DNA of 64,000 nucleotides from Escherichia coli (GTDB lineage Bacteria; Pseudomonadota; Gammaproteobacteria; Enterobacterales; Enterobacteriaceae): NCBI RefSeq assembly GCF_011045215.1, contig NZ_CP049201.1; one strand, 5' to 3'. Shown piece by piece: positions 55,978 to 64,000 of this stretch (position 1 is its first letter; each line of letters starts with the position of its first letter). The notes under the pieces were generated by a model. It saw only the letters and a program-made list of their open reading frames with translations, ran no database searches and was not told where the DNA came from. The position numbers and the translations under genes were made by a program.

Positions 55978-56892
55978 ATGGGTAAAACAATCAGTATAAA
56001 GGTCCTGTTCGGTATTTATCTTCTATTAATGGCAGGCAAAGTTTTTGCCTTCAGTTGTAATGTCGATGGCGGGTCAAGTATTGGAGCTGGTACAACCTCT
56101 GTTTATGTTAATCTCGACCCTGTAATACAGCCGGGCCAGAATCTGGTTGTAGACTTGTCTCAGCATATAAGTTGCTGGAATGATTACGGCGGCTGGTACG
56201 ACACTGATCATATAAACCTGGTACAAGGCTCAGCTTTCGCAGGCTCCCTACAGTCATATAAAGGATCGCTGTACTGGAATAATGTGACCTACCCCTTCCC
56301 GTTGACAACAAATACCAACGTATTGGATATTGGTGATAAGACACCGATGCCATTACCGTTAAAACTCTATATTACCCCAGTCGGGGCGGCCGGCGGAGTT
56401 GTCATAAACGCGGGGGAAGTTATTGCCCGTATTCATATGTATAAAATTGCAACATTAGGAAGCGGAAATCCGCGTAATTTTACGTGGAATATTATTTCAA
56501 ATAACAGTGTTGTTATGCCAACAGGCGGCTGTACCGTTGATAGTCGTAATGTCAACGTGAATCTCCCGGACTTTCCTGGAAGCGCAGAAATACCCCTTGG
56601 CGTATATTGCTCAAGTGAACAAAAGCTCTCATTTTATCTCTCGGGTGCTACCATTGACAGTGCCAGACAAGTGTTTGCTAACACAGCACCAGATGCAACA
56701 AAAGCAGCGGGAGTGGGTGTCTCTCTGATGCGTAATGGAAAAATACTGGCTACGGGAGAAAATGTCTCCCTGGGGACAGTAAATAAAAGCAAAGTACCTC
56801 TGGGTTTAAGCGCAACCTATGGTCAAACAGGAAACAAAGTTTCAGCCGGAACCGTCCAGTCAGTCATTGGTGTCACTTTTATCTATGAATAA
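55978..56892 (+). CDS. ydeQ: Fimbrial tip adhesin (FimH-like, two-domain)
   Basis: 304 aa; N-terminal lectin-like domain plus C-terminal pilin domain. Confidence 0.8.
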   Translation: MGKTISIKVLFGIYLLLMAGKVFAFSCNVDGGSSIGAGTTSVYVNLDPVIQPGQNLVVDLSQHISCWNDYGGWYDTDHINLVQGSAFAGSLQSYKGSLYWNNVTYPFPLTTNTNVLDIGDKTPMPLPLKLYITPVGAAGGVVINAGEVIARIHMYKIATLGSGNPRNFTWNIISNNSVVMPTGGCTVDSRNVNVNLPDFPGSAEIPLGVYCSSEQKLSFYLSGATIDSARQVFANTAPDATKAAGVGVSLMRNGKILATGENVSLGTVNKSKVPLGLSATYGQTGNKVSAGTVQSVIGVTFIYE

Positions 56893-57230
56893 TTGTGATT
56901 TTGACCTTAGTCTATGCGCTCCATTCACGAAAATTGCGCGGATAATTATTTTGTGAAAGCTATTATCCTACACCTGTAAGAAAATCCGCGCACAATTGAA
57001 GCCAGAGTCTTATTTTTTATATTGAAAAATATGTTAATTTAAACCCTATGAGAGATGATGCTTAACTTATCGTATTTATACTACTCTATTATTTAACGAT
57101 AATAGAATAAAAATAGAAAGAGAGTAGTCCCCTACTCTTATATATCCATGTTGACGATAAATCCTATGTATATACTGTGCATCATCGCTATCACAAATCC
57201 TAATAATTCATTTCCACACAGGATAAGCAG

Positions 57231-59510
57231 ATGAAGAAAAAAATTGAATCCTACCAGGGAGCTGCCGGTGGTTGGGGTGCTGTTAAATCCGTAGCGAATG
57301 CAGTACGTAAGCAGATGGATATACGCCAGGATGTTATTGCCATGTTTGACATGAATAAGCCAGAGGGCTTTGACTGTCCGGGTTGTGCATGGCCAGATCC
57401 TAAGCACAGTGCGTCATTCGACATTTGTGAAAACGGCGCAAAAGCAATCGCCTGGGAAGTCACGGATAAGCAGGTAAATGCCTCTTTCTTTGCTGAGAAT
57501 ACGGTTCAATCATTACTTACCTGGGGAGATCACGAGCTTGAGGCTGCGGGACGTCTCACTCAGCCTTTGAAATATGATGCTGTCAGCGACTGTTACAAGC
57601 CATTAAGCTGGCAACAAGCTTTCGACGAAATTGGCGCACGCCTTCAAAGCTATAGTGATCCCAATCAGGTTGAATTCTATACTTCGGGCCGCACTTCCAA
57701 TGAAGCTGCCTTTCTTTATCAGCTTTTTGCCCGTGAATACGGGAGCAATAACTTTCCCGACTGCTCCAACATGTGCCATGAACCGACAAGCGTGGGTTTG
57801 GCAGCGAGTATCGGTGTAGGTAAAGGGACCGTGTTGCTGGAAGACTTTGAGAAGTGCGATTTAGTCATTTGCATTGGGCATAACCCTGGTACAAACCACC
57901 CTCGCATGCTGACTTCGTTGCGCGCTTTAGTGAAACGGGGAGCGAAAATGATCGCCATCAATCCTCTACAGGAACGTGGCCTGGAGCGATTTACCGCACC
58001 GCAAAACCCGTTTGAAATGCTGACGAACTCTGAGACTCAGTTGGCCAGTGCCTACTATAACGTGCGCATCGGTGGCGATATGGCGTTGCTCAAGGGGATG
58101 ATGCGCCTGTTAATTGAGCGCGATGATGCTGCAAGTGCCGCAGGTCGGCCCTCATTGCTGGATGACGAATTTATTCAAACGCATACCGTCGGCTTTGACG
58201 AGCTACGCCGTGACGTTCTCAATTCCGAGTGGAAAGATATCGAACGTATTTCTGGACTAAGTCAGACCCAAATCGCCGAACTGGCTGATGCATATACCGC
58301 TGCCGAACGCACCATTATCTGTTACGGAATGGGGATCACTCAGCACGAACATGGTACCCAGAATGTACAGCAACTGGTCAATCTGCTGTTGATGAAAGGT
58401 AACATTGGCAAACCTGGTGCGGGTATCTGTCCACTACGTGGTCACTCTAATGTACAGGGCGACCGAACCGTCGGTATCACCGAGAAACCGTCTGCAGAGT
58501 TTCTGGCTCGCCTGGGTGAGCGCTATGGCTTCACCCCACCTCATGCACCTGGACATGCTGCAATTGCCAGCATGCAAGCAATATGTACGGGGCAGGCTCG
58601 AGCATTGATCTGCATGGGGGGCAACTTTGCACTGGCAATGCCAGATCGGGAAGCGAGCGCTGTACCGCTAACGCAATTAGATTTGGCGGTACACGTAGCC
58701 ACTAAGCTTAACCGCTCTCATCTGCTGACCGCACGGCATAGCTATATTCTGCCGGTTCTGGGGCGTAGCGAGATTGACATGCAAAAAAACGGTGCGCAGG
58801 CGGTAACCGTTGAGGATTCAATGTCGATGATTCATGCCTCGCGTGGCGTGTTAAAACCCGCCGGTGTAATGCTGAAATCAGAGTGTGCAGTGGTCGCGGG
58901 AATCGCACAGGCAGCACTACCCCAGAGCGTGGTAGCCTGGGAGTATCTGGTGGAAGATTATGATCGCATTCGCAACGACATTGAAGCTGTGCTGCCAGAG
59001 TTCGCCGACTATAACCAGCGCATCCGCCATCCCGGTGGTTTTCACCTGATAAATGCCGCTGCTGAAAGGCGCTGGATGACGCCGTCAGGTAAGGCTAATT
59101 TCATTACCAGCAAAGGGCTGTTAGAAGATCCCTCTTCAGCGTTTAACAGTAAGCTGGTCATGGCGACAGTACGCAGCCACGATCAGTACAACACGACGAT
59201 TTATGGTATGGATGATCGCTATCGAGGGGTATTCGGTCAACGAGATGTGGTCTTTATGAGTGCTAAACAAGCTAAAATTTGCCGTGTAAAAAACGGCGAA
59301 AGAGTTAATCTTATTGCGCTTACGCCAGACGGTAAGCGCAGCTCACGCCGCATGGATAGATTAAAAGTGGTCATTTACCCTATGGCTGACCGCTCACTGG
59401 TGACCTATTTTCCAGAATCGAATCACATGCTAACACTTGATAACCACGATCCATTAAGTGGCATTCCTGGCTATAAAAGTATTCCGGTTGAATTAGAACC
59501 ATCAAATTAA
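57231..59510 (+). CDS. ydeP: Molybdopterin oxidoreductase YdeP (formate-dehydrogenase-like, acid resistance)
   Basis: 759 aa; N-terminal Cys cluster (CPGCAWPD) and molybdopterin oxidoreductase domains. Confidence 0.85.
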   Translation: MKKKIESYQGAAGGWGAVKSVANAVRKQMDIRQDVIAMFDMNKPEGFDCPGCAWPDPKHSASFDICENGAKAIAWEVTDKQVNASFFAENTVQSLLTWGDHELEAAGRLTQPLKYDAVSDCYKPLSWQQAFDEIGARLQSYSDPNQVEFYTSGRTSNEAAFLYQLFAREYGSNNFPDCSNMCHEPTSVGLAASIGVGKGTVLLEDFEKCDLVICIGHNPGTNHPRMLTSLRALVKRGAKMIAINPLQERGLERFTAPQNPFEMLTNSETQLASAYYNVRIGGDMALLKGMMRLLIERDDAASAAGRPSLLDDEFIQTHTVGFDELRRDVLNSEWKDIERISGLSQTQIAELADAYTAAERTIICYGMGITQHEHGTQNVQQLVNLLLMKGNIGKPGAGICPLRGHSNVQGDRTVGITEKPSAEFLARLGERYGFTPPHAPGHAAIASMQAICTGQARALICMGGNFALAMPDREASAVPLTQLDLAVHVATKLNRSHLLTARHSYILPVLGRSEIDMQKNGAQAVTVEDSMSMIHASRGVLKPAGVMLKSECAVVAGIAQAALPQSVVAWEYLVEDYDRIRNDIEAVLPEFADYNQRIRHPGGFHLINAAAERRWMTPSGKANFITSKGLLEDPSSAFNSKLVMATVRSHDQYNTTIYGMDDRYRGVFGQRDVVFMSAKQAKICRVKNGERVNLIALTPDGKRSSRRMDRLKVVIYPMADRSLVTYFPESNHMLTLDNHDPLSGIPGYKSIPVELEPSN

Positions 59511-59757
59511 TGCCTCTTCTCATTTCTTCTGCTGTCATCCGCACAGCAGAAGAATTCCTCATTGACTATTATCGCGCAATTTGCTCACATGGATTAAATT
59601 AAACTACATACTATAAGATATAAACTTCTGCCTACAGCTGTAAGAAACTCCGCTCAGTACTGAAGCACCAGTCCTATTTCCTCTTTTCTCCAGCCTGTTA
59701 TATTAAGCATACTGATTAACGATTTTTAACGTTATCCGCTAAATAAACATATTTGAA

Positions 59758-59955
59758 ATGCATGCGACCACAGTGAAAAACAAAATCACGCAAAGAGACA
59801 ACTATAAAGAAATCATGTCTGTAATTGTGGTTGTCTTATTACTGACCCTTACGTTGATAGCCATTTTTTCGGCAATTGATCAGCTGGGCATTTCAGAAAT
59901 GGGTCGCATTGCAAGAGATCTTACACATTTCATTATCAATAGTTTGCAAGACTGA
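59758..59955 (+). CDS. safA: Small membrane connector protein SafA (links EvgS/EvgA to PhoQ/PhoP)
   Basis: 65 aa with a single transmembrane helix (IMSVIVVVLLLTLTLIAIFSAI); conserved position upstream of ydeO. Confidence 0.75.
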   Translation: MHATTVKNKITQRDNYKEIMSVIVVVLLLTLTLIAIFSAIDQLGISEMGRIARDLTHFIINSLQD

Positions 59956-60029
59956 AAATAAACAGCAAATTATAAATATGAAATGTTAAAAAAGTATCGA
60001 TAAAAACTTTATTGTTTTAAGGAGATAAA

Positions 60030-60791
60030 ATGTCGCTCGTTTGTTCTGTTATATTTATTCATCATGCCTTCAACGCTAACATTTTAGATAAAGATTACGC
60101 CTTCTCTGACGGCGAGATCCTGATGGTAGATAACGCTGTTCGTACGCATTTTGAACCTTATGAGCGGCATTTTAAAGAAATCGGATTTAATGAAAATACC
60201 ATTAAAAAATATCTACAATGCACTAACATCCAGACAGTGACGGTGCCTGTTCCTGCGAAGTTTTTACGTGCTTCAAATGTACCGACTGGATTGCTTAATG
60301 AAATGATTGCTTATCTCAACTCGGAAGAACGCAATCATCATAATTTTTCAGAACTTTTGCTTTTTTCTTGCCTGTCTATATTTGCCGCATGCAAAGGTTT
60401 CATTACACTATTAACTAACGGTGTGCTATCCGTTTCCGGGAAAGTGAGAAATATTGTCAACATGAAGCTGGCGCACCCATGGAAGCTGAAAGATATTTGT
60501 GACTGCCTGTACATCAGTGAAAGCCTGTTGAAGAAAAAACTAAAGCAAGAGCAAACGACATTCTCACAGATTCTATTAGATGCCAGAATGCAGCACGCAA
60601 AAAATTTGATACGCGTAGAAGGTTCAGTCAATAAAATTGCCGAACAATGTGGTTATGCCAGTACATCTTATTTTATTTATGCGTTCCGCAAACATTTCGG
60701 CAACAGTCCGAAGAGAGTTTCTAAGGAGTATCGTTGTCAAAGGCACACGGGTATGAACACGGGCAACACGATGAATGCTTTAGCTATTTGA
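60030..60791 (+). CDS. ydeO: AraC-family acid-resistance regulator YdeO
   Basis: 253 aa; C-terminal AraC helix-turn-helix (…CGYASTSYFIYAFRKHFGNSPK…). Confidence 0.8.
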   Translation: MSLVCSVIFIHHAFNANILDKDYAFSDGEILMVDNAVRTHFEPYERHFKEIGFNENTIKKYLQCTNIQTVTVPVPAKFLRASNVPTGLLNEMIAYLNSEERNHHNFSELLLFSCLSIFAACKGFITLLTNGVLSVSGKVRNIVNMKLAHPWKLKDICDCLYISESLLKKKLKQEQTTFSQILLDARMQHAKNLIRVEGSVNKIAEQCGYASTSYFIYAFRKHFGNSPKRVSKEYRCQRHTGMNTGNTMNALAI

Positions 60792-61192
60792 TTATTTGCT
60801 AACGAGTAGTCAACCACACACGCTACGTAAGAATTAAATGGGGCAGCCATTCCCTGCCCCGCGTTGTTTTTAGGCGATATATTTATTGAAATAAATAAGT
60901 GACATTCATCACATATTTATGCATTTGCATAACCTGTTGCATGATTATTTATGATCTCAATTCGGCATTTTGTCAGTAAAATACAATAATTTATTAAATA
61001 TCAATAGATTAGTTGTTTATCGGCGAGAAATTACTTAGTAGAACAGAAAGTAATGTCAACGCTTTATGGACTGTTATTTCCCTTTTTTTAGCTAAATCTG
61101 CTATCTCTTTATGTGACTAACTTCACTTACATCCACTTATTTCTCTTCATAAAATTACTTTGGAATTAAGTACAATAAGAAGAGGAACATTT

Positions 61193-62875
61193 ATGAAGTC
61201 TGCATTAAAGAAAAGTGTCGTAAGTACCTCGATATCTTTGATACTGGCATCTGGTATGGCTGCATTTGCTGCTCATGCGGCAGATGATGTAAAGCTGAAA
61301 GCAACCAAAACAAACGTTGCTTTCTCAGACTTTACGCCGACAGAATACAGTACCAAAGGAAAGCCAAATATTATCGTACTGACCATGGATGATCTTGGTT
61401 ATGGACAACTTCCTTTTGATAAGGGATCTTTTGACCCAAAAACAATGGAAAATCGTGAAGTTGTCGATACCTACAAAATAGGGATAGATAAAGCCATTGA
61501 AGCTGCACAAAAATCAACGCCGACGCTCCTTTCATTAATGGATGAAGGCGTACGTTTTACTAACGGCTATGTGGCACACGGTGTTTCCGGCCCCTCCCGC
61601 GCCGCAATAATGACCGGTCGAGCTCCCGCCCGCTTTGGTGTCTATTCCAATACCGATGCTCAGGATGGTATTCCGCTAACAGAAACTTTCTTGCCTGAAT
61701 TATTCCAGAATCATGGTTATTACACTGCAGCAGTAGGTAAATGGCACTTGTCAAAAATCAGTAATGTGCCGGTACCGGAAGATAAACAAACACGTGACTA
61801 TCATGACAACTTCACCACATTTTCTGCGGAAGAATGGCAACCGCAAAACCGTGGCTTTGATTACTTTATGGGATTCCACGCTGCAGGAACGGCATATTAC
61901 AACTCCCCTTCACTGTTCAAAAATCGTGAACGTGTCCCCGCAAAAGGTTATATCAGCGATCAGTTAACCGATGAGGCAATTGGCGTTGTTGATCGTGCCA
62001 AAACACTTGACCAGCCTTTTATGCTTTACCTGGCTTATAATGCTCCGCACCTGCCAAATGATAATCCTGCACCGGATCAATATCAGAAGCAATTTAATAC
62101 CGGTAGTCAAACGGCAGATAACTACTACGCTTCCGTTTATTCTGTTGATCAGGGTGTAAAACGCATTCTCGAACAACTGAAGAAAAACGGACAGTATGAC
62201 AATACAATTATTCTCTTTACCTCCGATAATGGTGCGGTTATCGATGGTCCTCTGCCGCTGAACGGGGCGCAAAAAGGCTATAAGAGTCAGACCTATCCTG
62301 GCGGTACTCACACCCCAATGTTTATGTGGTGGAAAGGAAAACTTCAACCCGGTAATTATGACAAGCTGATTTCCGCAATGGATTTCTACCCGACAGCTCT
62401 TGATGCAGCCGATATCAGCATTCCAAAAGACCTTAAGCTGGATGGCGTTTCCTTGCTGCCCTGGTTGCAAGATAAGAAACAAGGCGAGCCACATAAAAAT
62501 CTGACCTGGATAACCTCTTATTCTCACTGGTTTGATGAGGAAAATATTCCATTCTGGGATAATTACCACAAATTTGTCCGTCATCAGTCAGACGATTACC
62601 CGCATAACCCCAACACTGAGGACTTAAGCCAATTCTCTTATACGGTGAGAAATAACGATTATTCGCTTGCCTATACAGTAGAAAACAATCAGTTAGGTCT
62701 ATACAAACTGACGGATCTACAGCAAAAAGATAACCTTGCCGCCGCCAATCCGCAGGTCGTTAAAGAGATGCAAGGCGTGGTAAGAGAGTTTATCGACAGC
62801 AGCCAGCCACCGCTTAGCGAGGTAAATCAGGAGAAGTTTAACAATATCAAGAAAGCACTAAGCGAAGCGAAATAA
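61193..62875 (+). CDS. ydeN: Putative sulfatase YdeN
   Basis: Signal peptide followed by a sulfatase domain. Where the canonical C-x-P-x-R motif is expected the sequence reads S-G-P-S-R (HGVSGPSRAAIMTGR), so this is a Ser-type sulfatase. Start at MKSALKK. Confidence 0.85.
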   Translation: MKSALKKSVVSTSISLILASGMAAFAAHAADDVKLKATKTNVAFSDFTPTEYSTKGKPNIIVLTMDDLGYGQLPFDKGSFDPKTMENREVVDTYKIGIDKAIEAAQKSTPTLLSLMDEGVRFTNGYVAHGVSGPSRAAIMTGRAPARFGVYSNTDAQDGIPLTETFLPELFQNHGYYTAAVGKWHLSKISNVPVPEDKQTRDYHDNFTTFSAEEWQPQNRGFDYFMGFHAAGTAYYNSPSLFKNRERVPAKGYISDQLTDEAIGVVDRAKTLDQPFMLYLAYNAPHLPNDNPAPDQYQKQFNTGSQTADNYYASVYSVDQGVKRILEQLKKNGQYDNTIILFTSDNGAVIDGPLPLNGAQKGYKSQTYPGGTHTPMFMWWKGKLQPGNYDKLISAMDFYPTALDAADISIPKDLKLDGVSLLPWLQDKKQGEPHKNLTWITSYSHWFDEENIPFWDNYHKFVRHQSDDYPHNPNTEDLSQFSYTVRNNDYSLAYTVENNQLGLYKLTDLQQKDNLAAANPQVVKEMQGVVREFIDSSQPPLSEVNQEKFNNIKKALSEAK

Positions 62876-62926
62876 CTAAACCTTCATGCGGCGGAATTTT
62901 CCGCCGCCTTATTGAGCGAGATAGCG

Positions 62927-64000
62927 ATGCACGTTACAGCCAAGCCCTCCAGTTTTCAATGTAATCTCAAATGTGATTACTGTTTTTACCTTGAAAAAGA
63001 GTCGCAGTTTACTCATGAAAAATGGATGGATGACAGCACTCTGAAAGAGTTCATCAAACAATATATCGCAGCGTCTGGCAATCAGGTCTATTTTACCTGG
63101 CAAGGCGGTGAACCCACTCTGGCTGGCCTGGATTTTTTCCGTAAAGTTATTCACTATCAACAACGCTATGCAGGCCAAAAACGTATTTTTAATGCATTAC
63201 AAACGAATGGCATTTTATTGAATAATGAATGGTGTGCCTTTCTCAAAGAACATGAATTTCTGGTTGGTATCTCGATCGATGGCCCCCAGGAGTTACATGA
63301 CCGTTACAGACGCAGTAATTCAGGTAACGGTACTTTTGCAAAAGTGATAGCAGCCATCGAGCGTCTGAAATCATATCAAGTAGAGTTTAATACGTTAACC
63401 GTCATTAATAACGTTAATGTCCATTACCCTCTTGAGGTTTATCATTTTTTAAAATCTATCGGCAGTAAACATATGCAATTTATCGAATTGCTAGAAACCG
63501 GGACGCCGAATATTGATTTCAGTGGTCATAGTGAGAACACATTCCGTATCATTGATTTTTCTGTGCCTCCCACGGCTTATGGCAAGTTTATGTCAACCAT
63601 TTTTATGCAATGGGTTAAAAACGATGTGGGTGAAATTTTCATCCGTCAGTTTGAAAGCTTTGTCAGCCGTTTTTTGGGGAATGGGCATACCAGTTGTATT
63701 TTCCAGGAGTCCTGCAAGGATAATCTGGTTGTTGAAAGTAATGGAGATATTTATGAATGCGACCATTTTGTCTATCCACAGTACAAAATTGGAAACATTA
63801 ATAAATCTGAACTCAAAACGATGAACAGTGTACAACTGACAGCGCAAAAAAAACGGATTTCAGCGAAATGTCTGAAATGTGCATATAAACCTATCTGCAA
63901 TGGCGGTTGTCCTAAGCATCGTATTACTAAAGTAAACAATGAGATTGTTTCTTATTTTTGCGAAGGTTATAAAATCCTTTTTTCAACCATGGTACCTTAT
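62927..64000 (+). CDS. ydeM: Anaerobic sulfatase-maturating enzyme YdeM (radical SAM), 3' end beyond the window
   Basis: Plus-strand frame is open from the ATG at 62927 to the window end. It encodes a radical-SAM CxxxCxxC motif (CNLKCDYCF) and C-terminal SPASM-type cysteines. It is absent from the ORF track because there is no in-window stop. Confidence 0.8.
   Translation, partial: MHVTAKPSSFQCNLKCDYCFYLEKESQFTHEKWMDDSTLKEFIKQYIAASGNQVYFTWQGGEPTLAGLDFFRKVIHYQQRYAGQKRIFNALQTNGILLNNEWCAFLKEHEFLVGISIDGPQELHDRYRRSNSGNGTFAKVIAAIERLKSYQVEFNTLTVINNVNVHYPLEVYHFLKSIGSKHMQFIELLETGTPNIDFSGHSENTFRIIDFSVPPTAYGKFMSTIFMQWVKNDVGEIFIRQFESFVSRFLGNGHTSCIFQESCKDNLVVESNGDIYECDHFVYPQYKIGNINKSELKTMNSVQLTAQKKRISAKCLKCAYKPICNGGCPKHRITKVNNEIVSYFCEGYKILFSTMVPY

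Noticed and set aside
62909-63178. Minus-strand 89-aa ORF at the ydeN/ydeM junction
   Set aside because: The plus strand here encodes the radical-SAM CxxxCxxC N-terminus of YdeM in an open frame running to the window end, so the minus-strand ORF is a shadow.

Overview
This window reads as an Escherichia coli chromosomal segment (non-K-12 strain), collinear with the K-12 ydeM–ydfJ interval in reverse orientation. All identifications come from reading the translated ORFs and the DNA by eye; no database search was run. The first ~5.3 kb is the distal end of a lambdoid prophage tail module (J C-terminus, lom, stf, tfa). Between tfa and an N-terminally truncated ydfJ sits the main accessory feature: a four-gene stress operon on the minus strand (yciG-like, yciF-like, yciE-like, Mn-catalase KatN-like) followed by ~700 bp of AT-rich DNA. 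The rest is recognisable core genome: ydfI-ydfZ-rspR-ydfG-dcp, ydeJ-ydeI-dgcZ-mgtS, ydeE-eamA-marBAR/marC-sotB, yneK-yneJ-sad-glsB-yneG-dgcF-uxaB-yneE-tam, the complete lsr autoinducer-2 locus, an intact 1806-aa autotransporter, hipB with an internally deleted hipA, an AraC-family remnant, an intact six-gene chaperone-usher fimbrial operon, and ydeP-safA-ydeO-ydeN-ydeM. No CRISPR array, rRNA or tRNA was seen. The most novel-looking part is the prophage-edge stress/catalase operon and its upstream repeats; most of the window is ordinary, well-characterised chromosome.
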